A stretch of DNA of 58,559 bases, filler included, from Sphacelaria rigidula (lineage: Eukaryota): the NCBI GenBank assembly GCA_964200075.2. It is 3 parts of 3 records of this genome, joined end to end, with 100 filler letters (N's around TTAATTAATTAA, not from the genome) between each part and the next. Parts side by side here need not be neighbours in the genome. Positions count along the whole stretch, not along the records: positions 19,566 to 39,015 come from CAXNAA020000668.1; 2 more parts are not named here. One strand, written 5' to 3'. The position numbers were made by a program, and so were the translations under genes. Positions 25,024 through 37,869 of this stretch are shown one piece after another (within the stretch, counting starts at the first letter, position 1; every line of letters begins with the position of its first letter). The notes under the pieces were generated by a model. The model was not told the DNA's origin. It searched no databases and saw only the letters and a list, made by a program, of their open reading frames with translations.

Positions 25024-26337
25024 TCAATTTTTCATAGATATTCTGCGGTTCTTGATGCCACTGCCGCCTCCCCCTGCGAGGAGCCTGACATCCGCCCGTA
25101 ATTGCTCCACCACCGTCCACAACGGCGAACCATCTAATGACACACACAGCGTCTCTGCCGTAGCTTCGAGGCTTCCAAGGTGCCATTTTTGTAACTGTCC
25201 TTGTAACCCGGCATCCCTGATCATCACCTGCAGGCACCGCACCAAGGGTTCCACCGACCGCAAGCCTATCGCGCCTTTCATCACCTCAACTGGAGCGGCG
25301 CCGGTCGACGCGGGGGGCATTGCAACCGTCATCGAATTGGTCGCAGCAGCACAAGCTTTGGCTATTACGACGATGCGCGTTAATATCGCCGGTAAAAGGG
25401 CGGGCCAGCGCTTGACAAGAACGAGCACGGGTCGCAGTAGGCGTGCAGTGAAGGATTTTTGTTCGGCTGTGGCGGCGGTGTTCGTCCACGTCCCGGCGGT
25501 CTTCATTGCTTGCACGCAGGCCAACACCATCGGTTGCTCCAGGGCGCAGAGTGGGGTTGCGCAGGCAGCAGCAGCGGCGGCGGCGGCGGCAGTGCTTGGG
25601 GTTTTCGTAGCCTCCGACGGCGAGCTCTGCAGATAGGTGTTGAACGAAGGTTCACTGTCAAGTCCTTCCCAGCAGCAGAGTACACAAGCCATGGCGGCTC
25701 GTTGCCCCTGGAGGGTAACTGCTACAGCTTGTTCGCTTTGTTGCTCCTCCTCCTCCGCACCATCATCACCGGGCGTGTCAGCAGAGTGTGAAGCACTCCC
25801 TTTCTTTGCATGTCCCGTGACACCGGACGACCGTGAATTCCCCCCTTCGCCTCCGCCGTCACTGCCACTACCGCCGCCGCCAACCCCCTTTACCCGTGGC
25901 CTTGCACGGCGTCCTGACAACAGCTTCAACAGGGTAGGACGAAGAGCCTCCAGCAGAGCACTGCCACGAGTGCCCACCATTGCGAGCGAGTTGCACACAG
26001 CTCCAGTCACCTTATCCCTCGCGAACACCGTCTCCCATAACGTCGGAACCGCGGGCTTCAGCGGTGGCGGCGTCACAACCGGCTGTGTAGCATCCGTCGT
26101 CGGTCCTTCTTTTTGCCTTCCGCTGACGGCAGCACCCCCATCACCCGCAGACTGCTGCCGTCGTCGCTTGCCGTCACCGGCGCTGCTTCCGGCGTGGATC
26201 AACTCCCCTCGCTCTCTGGCGGCCGTCCTTTTCCCCCCTCCCGACTGTTTCGCGGGCGTGACCCCGCCGGTCAGGACACTCACAAGGAAACTGAGGTACG
26301 CGCTTGGCGTCAAAGTTCGTCGACGGTGATGCATGAC
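25024..26337 (-). CDS. TEX10: TEX10/Ipi1 homologue, exon 6 (terminal)
   Basis: Acceptor TAG|GTC in phase 0, open for 437 codons to TGA at 25024-25026. A hidden intron within this exon cannot be excluded. Confidence 0.75.
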   Translation of the reverse strand, partial: VMHHRRRTLTPSAYLSFLVSVLTGGVTPAKQSGGGKRTAARERGELIHAGSSAGDGKRRRQQSAGDGGAAVSGRQKEGPTTDATQPVVTPPPLKPAVPTLWETVFARDKVTGAVCNSLAMVGTRGSALLEALRPTLLKLLSGRRARPRVKGVGGGGSGSDGGGEGGNSRSSGVTGHAKKGSASHSADTPGDDGAEEEEQQSEQAVAVTLQGQRAAMACVLCCWEGLDSEPSFNTYLQSSPSEATKTPSTAAAAAAAAACATPLCALEQPMVLACVQAMKTAGTWTNTAATAEQKSFTARLLRPVLVLVKRWPALLPAILTRIVVIAKACAAATNSMTVAMPPASTGAAPVEVMKGAIGLRSVEPLVRCLQVMIRDAGLQGQLQKWHLGSLEATAETLCVSLDGSPLWTVVEQLRADVRLLAGGGGSGIKNRRISMKN

Positions 26338-26664
26338 CTATCATTGTTTTCGAGGTAGCCGCCGGCGGAACAATTACAGCAATTACACGCAAATACAGGT
26401 AATAGGTGGCGCTGCCCAAAAGCTGAATCATTTCGTTGCGGAAACACAGTACATGAGATGGCAAATTCAACATAAAAAACTAATTCGATCACTTGGCAAA
26501 GATCAAACATTCATCGGGGGAGGACAACTCCCTCCGTGTAGATTATATCTGCTCGCTGACTCAGCCAAGTCGTACCGCAAAAGACCGGACACTAATTAAG
26601 CGCAATACCAGGGCATGCCACGTGCTTCCTTCAGCCTTCACAAAACAAGCCACCTGGAACCCAC

Positions 26665-27262
26665 CTCAAGCACGTACGACCTGACGTCCCCATCGACAGC
26701 AGTCGGGTCTGAGCAAACCGACGCGAGCGTAGACACTACGCACGCGGGTAGACAGGGGAGGTGATACAGAAAGGATACCGCATCCATCTGCGCGGAAACG
26801 GGCAGAGAGACGAACCCAGCCCCAGAAAAAAACTCGCCCAGCAACACCGGCTGCAAAGAGTGCAGCAGCTTTGCCGACTCCAACCCCCAAACCCACCCTC
26901 CAGCCCCCGCCACCGCCCCGACTGCTTCCCTCCCGTTCGACTTTCCGCCTGCAGGCCCCGCGCCGATCGCGGCAGAGTTACCATCTGACGATGGGGTAGG
27001 CGAACGCTTTGCCACATCTACCAACATTCGCAGTACCATGGCGGAAGCTTCTGGGAAATGCCCTTCCCACTGACATAAGAGTTTGGGGAAAGTCTGGAGC
27101 CAACGTCCGACCTCCTGCGCGACCGCGGTGTCTCCTGTCCGCGGTGAACTCGACAGGAGGGTCGTGGTCAAGCTACACACGAACTCGACGCATAAGAGCT
27201 TGGCTCCCGCGTGGGAAGGCAGGGATGCGAAGTAGTCGCCGAATGCAGATAGCAACCCTCGC
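26665..27262 (-). CDS. TEX10: TEX10/Ipi1 homologue, exon 5
   Basis: CCTGCAG| acceptor and GAG|GTGGGT donor, phase 2 in and phase 0 out. Helical-repeat-like text (WLQTFPKLLCQW, DAVSFLYHLP). Confidence 0.8.
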
Positions 27263-27527
27263 CTGCAGGAGGCAGGCAGGGGTTGAAAGGGGGGCCGCGG
27301 CGAAACGACGGGGAGGCGTAAGGAGAAAAGGTATTCTCGCGTGTCAGTACCAAGCTGAATTAAAGACCAGGATGTTCCAACACCTGTCGTAGATCAAACC
27401 GACGGCACAAATTTCCTATAACTCCGACCGTATGGAATTCGACTAGCATCCCGGTGGAGAGTTGGTATGATTCCTTCAAACTACAGATATGAAGCAAAAA
27501 GAGTACACACAACCAGAGCTACCGTAC

Positions 27528-28766
27528 CTCTGTGCTGTCCAACTCTCAGATTCCCCGTTTTTCCCAGTCGGACTGTGCATCGCCGCCCTTACCACGCGCA
27601 ACACGCTTGGAGTCTGCGGCCCGACTATACTCTTGCCCATTCCGTCCCGTAGTACCTCGTGCACGTGCGCGAGAACCGGTCGGAGCCAATCGGTAGGGTC
27701 ATTGCTGTCATGTGCGGCCCCCATCTCCTTCACTCGAACAGCCGCGGGTCCGGCGGAGGCAGCCACCACCAGCTCGCACAGTCGCAAGTTGAGCCCTTCG
27801 ATTGCGTTGAGGCGCTCCGCCTTCACGTCTTCGAGCAGTTCACTTTCCAGTGGCCTGATGGGAAATGCTTCCAGCACCAGCATTACAAATCGTGCAAGCC
27901 AGGCCGCCAGGTTATTCCCAGGCCCGCCGTGACTACCACAAGTGCTGCCCCCACGCTCACCGCGATCTCCTCTATTCCTACATCCCCTATTTTCCCTTTC
28001 AGCTGGTGGGATTCTCGCAGTTGTGATACCCTGTTTCTCAGCGCCAACGCCATCATCACTAATGTTCCCAGCTGCTGTCCACGCTGGGGAGGTGAGCGCT
28101 CCCAGAAGCACGTCTACCACGTCTTGTAACAGTGTAATGTCCGGAGGGTCAGCCACCACGGCCTCCATCCAAACCTCTCGCAGCCTCTCCAGCACTTGCG
28201 GAAGGATAGCCGCTAGCGCTCTCACTACCGCGCTGCTCGTTCCACTACAACCCCCGCCGTCGCCACCATCGCTGTCACCACCCCGCCACGCTTCATTACC
28301 CTCCTTCGCAACCGCGGCCCTGCCATGACACAGCAATAAGGCGCTGTTTCTGTGCGAGCCCCCTCTCCAACGCACAACGGTTGCGCTCGCATTTCTGGTT
28401 TTGCCGGCGCCGTCTCTGCCCTTCCCCACGTCTAACGGGCTCCTCTCGCGGCCATAATGCCGGGAAACAGCCCTAAACAAGGACACCAGGCTCTTGAGCG
28501 CCTCCGCCCGTCCTATCTGCTTCTTGGAAGTTGGGTCGAGCGCAAGGAGGGCGACGTAGTTCGGCGCCAAGCGATCCACGCGGTCTGCCACAGCACTGGG
28601 GAAGCGATCGAGAAGCAGAGCTAGTAGAGCGAGGCTGTCGCGCCGCACTGCTCTGTCGAGGCTGGTCATGGCACTGACGACATACGCCAGGTAGATGTTT
28701 GCGAAGGGCGCGAAAGTTCTCGCGTGGACGGAACTCAGGAGTGTCGCCTGGTACATCAGCAGAGTC
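27528..28766 (-). CDS. TEX10: TEX10/Ipi1 homologue, exon 4 (contains the Ipi1_N-like region)
   Basis: FAPFANIYLAYVVSAMTSLDRAVRRDSLALLALLLDRFP matches the Ipi1/TEX10 conserved block. GACAG| acceptor and AG|GTACGG donor, phases consistent. Confidence 0.88.
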
Positions 28767-29182
28767 CTGTCAGATGCGGAGAGGGAAGAGCAGTCAATAC
28801 TGGTCTTCGTACAAGTTAGACGCGAGAGTTCCCTTCAACATACAAGACGAGGTACCAGGAGGGGTGCCTTGAAAGGGAAAACGGGGGCGGAGGTGGCATC
28901 GCGATCGATGATACAGAGCTATGTGCATGATGACCATATTTTGCTGCTTGCGGCTGGCACAACGGCCGGATGAGAGTCGCTAAGTACAGTCAAGTCCGAC
29001 GCGCACAGCCGGCACACCGGGGTGAAAAAAATGGAATTTGACTAGCCGTGCAGTGCTGTGCCAACAGACAGACTGGCCGTGCCTCGTCTAGCCGTACACG
29101 CAATGTTATACGTGATGGGAGCAGCTTCGCCATCTTCGTGGCACGAGCTGCGTTTGACGGGTTGCTTGATTTTCTTGCTCAC

Positions 29183-29349
29183 TTGCGCACGTCGGCGTCG
29201 AAGCACACCGACAGCTCCAGGCTACCTTCCGCCAATCGTGCGAAGTCAACTTCAGCATATCGCGGGTTCCGATCAACGATGCTTTTGAGACCCAGCAAAG
29301 CTTCCCGTTTGGTGGCCGGACTGTAGTGGCGCAACTGTATCAAAAGCTC
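29183..29349 (-). CDS. TEX10: TEX10/Ipi1 homologue, exon 3
   Basis: ELLIQLRHYSPATKREALLGLKSIV...DADVRK is the typical Ipi1/TEX10 HY...R..AL.GL motif. TGCAG| acceptor and AA|GTGAGC donor. Confidence 0.88.
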
Positions 29350-29505
29350 CTGCATACGAAATGGAGATGAATAGAACGCATTGAAGATAAGTCAGGCGCT
29401 TTAACGGGGGATAGATGAGATGATCCCCTGAGACTACGGAGTCTTCCTCAGCAAGGGTATGGGTCAGGAGTATCAGGAAATATATATATATATATATATG
29501 CTGAA

Positions 29506-31010
29506 CAGTCTGGTTCACGTTCATCACCCAAAAAACACTCATCGGCAAAACCTCACGCTGTTTCAAGGAGTCAGACCCTGAATTTTTGCACAAATATCCC
29601 ATGGTTCATAACGTGACTTCCGAAGGTCGAGGTTGTTTTTTACTTTTTGAGTTTTTCAGCGGTTTTCGGGGGTCCCAGATTTTCGGGGAAACTTCGATCC
29701 AATCGGACCCCCGTGAACGGTTGAAAAAAACTCATTCATCCAAAATTGCGCAGTGACCCAGAGCACATTTTTGTAAAATTTCAGGGTCAAACTCCTGAAA
29801 ACGGCGTGAACTTTTTCGCGTTTGTGCGATGGACTTTTCCTTGCCACGGTGAAACAGCACACTACTTGATATTAGTAAAAAAATGGCGTCAGAGGGCCTT
29901 TTTTGACATGAACTTCAAAATTCAATTGTCAATCGAGCTGGGCCACGAAACTTCGTGAGCCCTTTCTTGGGTTGTGCGGCGACAGCTCGTGTGCGAGAAA
30001 AAAAAACGCAGTGCCGGTTTTCCGGGGTCTCAGAATGGAGAATACTTCAATAAACGACTTGGATCCCGTCGGACATCCGAAAAACGGTTAGAAAAAAAAT
30101 CGAAAAGTGGAAAAACTCGTTGATCACAAGTTGCGTAATGACACACAGCATACTTGTGCAAATTTAAAGGGTCTCACTCCGAACAACGGCATGAAGTTTT
30201 GCGCGTTTGTAGAGGACGTGACCTTGAAAAGTGCAAACCCTTAACTACTTGGTCTGAGTATGAAAACGTCCTTGTGGTGATATCACATGCCAAGGCAAGA
30301 CAAACTCAGTGAGGTTTTCGAGTTTCTCGGCCAAACTTTGTACATGTGTTGCTTGGCCTATTCCGGGACGCATTATTCTATCATCTTTATTTTGGGGCAT
30401 TCTGAACCGCCTTCCGGGAGTCTTCATACTGGGACCCCCGATGCCGATCGAGAAAGGAGAAAAATTCGAACATTGTCGTGAAAGCATTTTTTTTCATTTG
30501 GAGCATCAATATCTACGGAGCTGCCAAGTTTGAGGGCGATCTGAGCTTTTCTACAACAGATGTAAGGGGCACAGTCACGAGGCTCCCTGGATCTTTCGTG
30601 CGCATTATTAGTGGACATTAGACGACGCCAAAACCCGACATCACCGAAACATCACGGTTTCTGGTATAACTGGACCCCCCTAGTAACCGTTTTAAAAGAC
30701 TTTGTACGTTATTTCCGTTCGATTCCCGAGCCGATGGCGCTTACTAAGATTTGAAGCATGTGGAGATGGGTGAAATTTCGGCTGGGAAATTGTAATTTCA
30801 ATTTCAGAACCATTTGAAGGGCGCTGATTGATCGAGGTAGCTTTTCTCCCAAAGCGCGACCATTATGCACTCAAACACAAATCCTGCTATGCCATGCTCT
30901 TCAACTTTTCATGGCGGTCAGTGTGGTATCATGTATGCGACTGTTGGGTAGGTATTGCGAACGATACTTGCTGATGACACAATTTTGGATGATAGGCGTG
31001 AACCAGCCTG
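29506..31010. mobile_element. non-autonomous Tc1/mariner-like TIR element in TEX10 intron 2 (copy 1)
   Basis: Termini CAGTCTGGTTCACGTTCATCACCCAAAA and TTTTGGATGATAGGCGTGAACCAGCCTG. Colinear with 48931-50785. Confidence 0.8.
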
Positions 31011-31414
31011 TACTCTCCACCAAAACTCATCGTCACTGTCAGCAAGCGGAATTGGTGTGCAAATGTCAGCATGACTCGCAGCTCGGGCATCATTCATTTC
31101 ATGAACGAAATGAACATTTTTGATCAAAACCGGATATGACCCGTGTTGATTTGCCCGATGGTGCTGCGAGTGAAAAGAGCACGACTCGCCGTTTACGACT
31201 CATTTACATGTAATAACGGCTGTAGCGTGTGCAACAGAGCGTGCTCGGGGCGTGTTGCAAGGTCTGGGAGTGGCGCGCTTGCCCACATGGTAATTATTGT
31301 CATGATTTATGCAAACTACAGTGGAGTGCAGCACAGCAAATTCAGTGCAGTACTCGTACAGCAACCGGTTTGGCAAATTTGCCCACAGAGGACAGGTCGC
31401 GATGCGTACATTTC

Positions 31415-32970
31415 ACCCTGTATCGACCATGGCGGGCAAAGTTGATTTGATTCGTATTGTACGAATCAAGGTGGGGGAAAATGTATGTTGAAACCATACT
31501 GCACAATCCTTGGTCGAAGCTATGTACGAATCATACATGGGGAGAAACATGAAATATCGCACTGCATGAATCAACGGTCGGAAACATGTACCAATGGTTC
31601 GTACCATACGAATGGTTCGTACCGTACCAACCAACGCTGGGGAAATATGCGAAAAAGTCGCACCTTACGAACCATGAGTGCCAAAATTACAAACCGCAGT
31701 ATTGCACGAATCACACGGATGATCCGTGCAAACGCGAACATGGTTTCTTCGAAGATTTCACGCGTCGGACAGATCAGCTCCCTGTAGCTCGAGCCAACTC
31801 ATTTTTAGCGTAGCTCCGTAGTGAGCTATGGGAGCTTCACAAGCTATGCACGTTTTCCGTGAGAGAGCTATGGGAGTTACATCAGCCACGCATGTTTGTC
31901 CTTGGCGAGCTACCAACCCACAGCTCATTCGCACATTTTGCCCTGGTGGAGTTACTGGACGTAGTTCACAAGGGCATGTTTACCCTGGATGAGCCATCGG
32001 ATGTAGGTCAGCAGCGCATGTTTGCGCTGGGTGAGCTAATGGAGGTAGCTCATTAGCCCATGTTCGCCGTGGGCTACCCACCGGATGTAGCTCATCCGCA
32101 CAAGTTTGCCGGGGTGAGCTACACACGTGTGAAAGAAAAATTCCTCAAGGCTGAGTGAGCGCCACGCGAGGGGAGCTGTATCTGTTCCGATGCTCATGCA
32201 CGCTGATATGTGAGAACATGCAAATATCTGTGTTCTGCGTTATTTGCCAGTGAATATTTTTGGAACATCTATGGCACGGGCGAAACACAGGAAATGGCCT
32301 CTGACCAGCGGTTGTGGGGTCACCATCATTCGCCATCTTCTTTGCACCGCAGTATGCACTGCGGTGCCAATAATTAGCGTCCGATGACCGCCGTGCTGCC
32401 CGTTTGCAGACAGTAGAGACAACACTGTAGTGTCTGTACTGCACGTCGTTCAAGACGTTATAGTACCGCCGATGTACTGCTCTGCGCAAACTTTCATCTA
32501 CACCCTGCTGTATGCAGACGGTACTGTACTGTCTGCACTGCACGCTTTTGAAATATTTGTGTACAGTACATAATTTTACATTCCCGCGGACCTGCCGACT
32601 TGATATCATACCGACACGACGCTCGGCGCTTAAAGGGTTGTTACTATGGCACAAGTCGGACAGATCAGCTGCCCGTAGCTCGAGCTAGCTCTTTTTGGGG
32701 GTAACTCTATACCAAGCTATCATACGCAGCTCATCTGCGCTGTTTGCCCTGGATGAGCTGGGAGAGCTACATGAGCTACGAACGTTTGCCCTGGGTGCGC
32801 TATGAGAGCTACGTGAACCACGTATGTTTGATCAAGGTGAGTAATAGGAGCTATATGAGCGACGCATGTAAGTCCTAAGTGGGCTACCAATCCGTAGCTC
32901 ATCTGCACATGTTTGACCACAAGTGAACCACGACCCACAGATGATCTGGCTCACGAGCTGTCCGACGTGT
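31415..32970. repeat. nested degenerate repeat elements (TACGAATCA-rich and GAGCTA-rich blocks)
   Basis: The TACGAAT(C/G) block 31415-31750 recurs at about 34250-34680. GTCGGACAGATCAGCT(G)CCC(T)GTAGCTCGAGC starts GAGCTA-rich blocks at both 31764 and 32655. Confidence 0.6.
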
Positions 32971-33812
32971 GGAAGATTTGCCACGCCACCCCCGCCCCCC
33001 GATACACATCTGCCACGACCACCCTCCCTCACCGGATGAATTGCAAGCTCGCAACAAGCAACACAAGCCTGTTGTAAGGAGTTAGACACGAAGTGATATC
33101 GTCACCATTGAATCAACACATGCCTACCAAGAAAAAAGGGAGTGAACTTGAAGAACAAACTATAAACAACTAATGTGATTTGGCCGAGGCGATGACTACG
33201 CCGTCAAATCAACACACGCCTGCCGTGTAGTCGTGTGATTTGTGATTTTGATTCAGGGCGGGGGGTATGTGGGGGCTGCAGTGCTGTGTGTGCCTCATAT
33301 ATTTGGGCCCCTGATGAAGATGAGTAAAACGCATTTGGTTTGTTCAGTCGGAGTAGAGGTTGGAAAATTGGATGAAACGAACAGAACTCTTCGTCCCTAA
33401 TCGCTGTAACTCCAACACAAACCACACATCTACTCTCTGTCTATCGAGCGACACCATTGTTCCTCTTCCCTTGTAGAGCGACTCGACTATTCAAAAGTCC
33501 AACGCATCTCGAATCTTACCCATACAAACGGTACTGTCGTTACCACGTACGGTGAGCGCTGGTCAAAGTACTCGTTTGGGACATTCATTTCAGTGATTGT
33601 CCATCTCCGCGCAAACTCGAAGATTCAGGAATACCTAATAGCCAATATTGGTTCAAAGCACCCTATGAGTTCTCGCTATGTCGGGAAAGATTATCACGAT
33701 ATTCGTCATGGAGATGAAGCGACTCTCACTTCTTGCCAAGGACTTGAGGCCGCTTCTGTAAAAAAGACCCGAGCGAAATTTTGTTAGTATGTCTTGTAAG
33801 GAATAGTAGGGA

Positions 33813-34119
33813 CGGTATTGGAAAGACGAGCCTACATCTGTGACCACGGGTTCGAGAGATCGGACTGATGTGCGAAGATATTAGTAAAAATAAAAATAAA
33901 CATAAAATAAAAAATAATAATAATAAGAGGAGGCTCCACATCTCTGTCTGCGAGTTAGCCCTGTTTGGGGGTCTGCATATTTTGCCAACCTCAAGACTCG
34001 GGGGAGCTACTTCTCACCGGTTTTCGTGGCGTCGCTCTTTTTATTTTTTTCTTTATTTTGGTAATGTNNNNNNNNNNCGTCTGTGACCACGGGTTCGCGA
34101 GATCGGACTAATGTGCGGA

Positions 34120-34150
<31 letters not shown>
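33813..34150 (+). mobile_element. two (AAT)n-tailed retroposon 3' ends
   Basis: TCTGTGACCACGGGTTCG(A/C)GAGATCGGACT followed by AAT repeats, at 33837 and 34080 (a small N gap lies between them). Same family as 15523-15600. Confidence 0.7.
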
Positions 34151-34151
<1 letters not shown>

Positions 34152-35059
34152 GAGAGGGGCAGATGCACAGTTTGCCTTCTAATGAATGACGAGTGGGGAA
34201 AGAGGTCAAAATGTCTGTGTCGTGCAAATCGGAGGGTGAAAAGATAGTTGGGAAAGCCATACTTTGCAAGCCAGAGCCGGGGATGACGTGCGAAAAAACC
34301 GTATCGTACGAATCAGCGGTGGAAAAAATGTGCGGAATGAGTCGTATCATATGAAATCAGCAGCTGGGGTTAACTGAAATACGTACTCTATGACAACGGT
34401 GGAAGAAACTTACGAATGGTTCGTACCGTGCGAATCAACTGTGAGGGAAATGTTGGTATTGTTCCTACCCGTACGATTCAGGGGTGGGAAGAATAGAAAG
34501 GAAAACTGTACAAATGATTCGTATCATACGAATAAACGATGGGGGAAATGTCGGAAAGAGTCATCGTATGGATAATGAGTTGAAAATGTGCGCAAACCAC
34601 GGTTTTTCTGCGAATAACATATTGATTCGTGCAGTGGGTGACCACGAACGAATCACGATTTGATTCATTCTATATGTGCAACTTCGCATTTCATAGCACA
34701 TGATGCGAACTCGCCAAGAGTCATACACGCTCATGACGTACTGGTGGCCTGGCATAATTGGAACTGATGATTCGAACAAAGGGAGCTTGATGCTGCAACC
34801 GACGATGCTATCATGTGAATTGTAATTGTATCTGGGCACAATATTATCGGACAAAATTAACCCGATCTCAGCGAGGTACTCTGTATACCCATCTCATATG
34901 GTGGTCAATATTTCTTATTCCTTCCGCAACCATGCGCGTCGGTGAATACTGAGGCGTCCAGCTGGGAATGGATGGGCAAGGTTCCAAGAGAATGAAGTAC
35001 ATTTGTATATAGCAAACCGACACCTTCACAGCGCACCCGTCTCCCACAATAAAATATAC

Positions 35060-35197
35060 CTGTACTCCCTGGCCTCTGGCTGTGATCGCCTCGCCATCTG
35101 CAGCCTCGTGGAGGATGCTCTGTGCCGAGACTCTCACGCGCTTACTCTTGAACGAGGTGTCTGTGTGACTGGCAGCTTGAGGAGCCCTTTTGCCAAC
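35060..35197 (-). CDS. TEX10: TEX10/Ipi1 homologue, exon 2
   Basis: VGKRAPQAASHTDTSFKSKRVRVSAQSIL is the conserved Ipi1/TEX10 N-terminal VGK...TDTSFK motif. GCAG| acceptor and CAG|GTATAT donor, 138 nt, phase 0/0. Confidence 0.9.
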
Positions 35198-36177
35198 CTG
35201 CTTGCAAGGAAAATATCATCAAAGGTTTACCGACAGGATCTACAGGCGTAATTTAACGTGAGTGTATCATAAAGGGCACTGTACATGTAGCCCCGGGTGG
35301 TTGGGCGATGCAGAGTAGGGAACATGGAGACCGTAGAGAATAAAGGGGTGTGTGGGCATTGACGATGGGGAAGGATTCGGGCGGTCAGCTTCCTGAACGT
35401 CTGGACAACGCAAGGCAAGCGGGCTCAGATCAGCGAGAACCAACTGTAGTACAATCATTGCGGTGAACGGAACTCCGGGTACCAGGCACAAGTGGCAGGA
35501 AGGACGACTCATTTGGTGTGGGTGCGGCGAGACAACCGAGTGTTGTGCCGGCAAAAGGGGGCCCGGCGGGGGTGGTGCGGTCAATTGCAGGTGCAGAACT
35601 GTGGCTATCAACCGTATATGAAAGTGGCATGATACATAGGGTGGAATCCTGCGCGTGTGTACCTGACGGGTTGAGGTAAATGCGTGTGCTTATTTGAAAA
35701 GGCCATGGTCTTTGTCAGCCTTTCCTGCTGAGTGAACACCGGCATTGTCAGGCAGCATGTTCGGACATTATTATGCTACTGGTGCTGACTGTCGGCGGTG
35801 GATACTATACGGAATGATCGGTGGGAGAGGTTTGCGCGAAGGTCCAATCTAGCCCATTCTCTACCGGATGGGCGAACCCGATTCTACCCGATTCTACATT
35901 TACTGGGGTAGGAGACGATTCGCGCAGCAGCGGCCCCTGAGTACCATCTGCGAGCACACCACGCTTGCACTGGAGGTCTGTAGTAGTCTGCTTTCAGCTA
36001 ATACTCGGGTAGGGTGAAAACCTTACAGAGCCTCACAGGCTGCAACCTCACGCTGCCACATATGCGGCAGCCTGCGAAACAACCTCGTCTAACCAACACC
36101 GCCTTGCCGTCTTTCAGCCCATATCCGAGTACGATAACCTGACCACCCCTGCAACAGTACGAGGCGAAAGCGCGCAC

Positions 36178-36252
36178 CTTGCCCTTGAGGCGCTTGAAGT
36201 CTGCGGTAGTACCTGTACTACTCTTTTTCTTCAAGAAGTTCGATTTCGGCAT
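36178..36252 (-). CDS. TEX10: TEX10/Ipi1 homologue, exon 1
   Basis: MPKSNFLKKKSSTGTTADFKRLKGK, then donor AAG|GTGCGC. Splicing to exon 2 gives DFKRLKGKVGK, the family signature (DF.K.K.KVGK). Confidence 0.9.
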
Positions 36253-36411
36253 TGTCTCCGCCCAATAAGCTGCAGCCCCGCAAGATGGTGCGGTGCTGCT
36301 GCCGACGCGGGCGCCGACCGGCACAGGAACAACAGACAGCAGCAGTGTTGCGTCTCTGTTGACAAATAGCGATGTCATTTTCCACTTTATCATAGAGGAT
36401 GACAATAGCAC
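36253..36411. promoter_or_regulatory. putative bidirectional promoter / shared 5' region
   Basis: Only 159 bp separate the divergent ATGs at 36252 (minus) and 36412 (plus). Confidence 0.55.
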
Positions 36412-37869
36412 ATGATGAATGCCGTTAGCCAATTTCTTACTGAAAGACACGACCAAGGCCTCGAGGAAAGGGCACCCCCCACCCAATTCTTGAGCAACAA
36501 TACTGTCGTGCCCAGAGACGTATCTCCTCGCGCTACACAAAAGAAGCTGCTGCAAAAATCGACAATGTCTCGCAAGAAAACCGACGAGTTCAACTTTGTG
36601 GGCCTTGCAAGATCGCCCCCGCGGGCTGGGGCGAAGCATACCATCCCCAATACCACCGAACCTAACACGGGGTACTACTACAATTCGCGTCTGTCTAGCC
36701 ACAAGCGCGGAAGCAGCGCAATCGAAGCGCAGACACCCTCGACCATCCCCGTAGTGCACACCGCCAGCAGAAACACCACTGGAAATCGGGGCTCTCATCA
36801 GCGTCGCCACGCACTCCGCCCCGTGGTCACGAACACAGACTTCGACTCCTCCCAGCAGAAGCTGCTGCTCCAGCAGCAACAGTTGCAACAGCAGCAACAG
36901 AGCCCGAAGACCGCACCGCCGGCACCGCAGCTGGCAGTTTGCCCCGAGTCAGCTAACCGCTCAACTCTTCTGATGGCCAGGGCACTGCGGCTGTCGCCAC
37001 CCGCCACGGAAAACAAGACGGCGCTATCAACGATCAACAACGAGCCCCGCGCACATCTCTTCGAAGCGGACCAGTCTCCCGTGTTGCCTTCGCGGGTAGA
37101 CCGGGTCGAGTCCCCCTCGATCATTGCCGCTGGGTCCGGCCCGCGCACGGCACGGTCAGCAGACCCGCGAGCGACGATGATGTCGCCCCCGTCGGGACAC
37201 AGCACGCGTTCCCCTGTCCCTGCGTTTACACCAGGTTTCGAAGACCCCACTGACGGCGCCAGCAGTAATGGTGGCCGCGTTGACGTTCACCAGCCCGTGA
37301 CGCCAGAGATGCCGGACCCGTACCTATCTTCGGCGGATATCATGAGCGAAAATGGTAGCCACTGGTCCGACATTACCAGTTCCGTGGACGGCGTGTTCTC
37401 CCCCGATCCGCCGACCCCCATGATGCCTGCTACGGCGCGGCGTGTTCGGGCCAAGAAGATGGCGCTCTTGTCGGCGACCTCGAAAGACAGGGACGATCCG
37501 GTGGCGGCCGAGTCGGTGGCAGCAAACGGAAAGCTAGACATAGGCGTTGTTAAAGTAGGAGCAACTCCACCGCTGCCGCGGGTGATGGCAAGCGGGAGCT
37601 CCCCGGGTAGCGGGAAGCCGGTCACCGCAGATACGCCCGCCGCCATGTCTGCGCTTTTGGCCATGGTGGGCGGTAGTAGTGCGGTGTTTAGCGAAAGAGT
37701 AAATTTCGGTGCGTCTGCCCAGCAGGCAGCGAAGCCCGTGGTGCCGGAGGCTGGTATTGTCCCACTGGATGAAGGAGATCCGGTGCGGGAGGATGATACA
37801 GCAGAGGAGAAAGGAAACGAGGGAGATACTCATGAGCATGACGTTTCGAACACTTCAATTGATACCCAG
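36412..37869 (+). CDS. unknown protein, long low-complexity first exon (polyQ, Ser/Pro-rich, probably disordered)
   Basis: 492-codon ORF with coding-like composition and a probable donor CAG|GTATTG at 37869 (phase 0). Downstream exons were not found before the linker at 39016. Confidence 0.75.

Noticed and set aside
24842..26329. plus-strand ORFs of 264 and 230 aa
   Set aside because: Antisense shadows of the GC-rich TEX10 exon 6.
35998..36897. 299-aa minus-strand ORF
   Set aside because: It is an antisense read of the plus gene running into TEX10 exon 1 and intron 1. Only 36178-36252 is coding.
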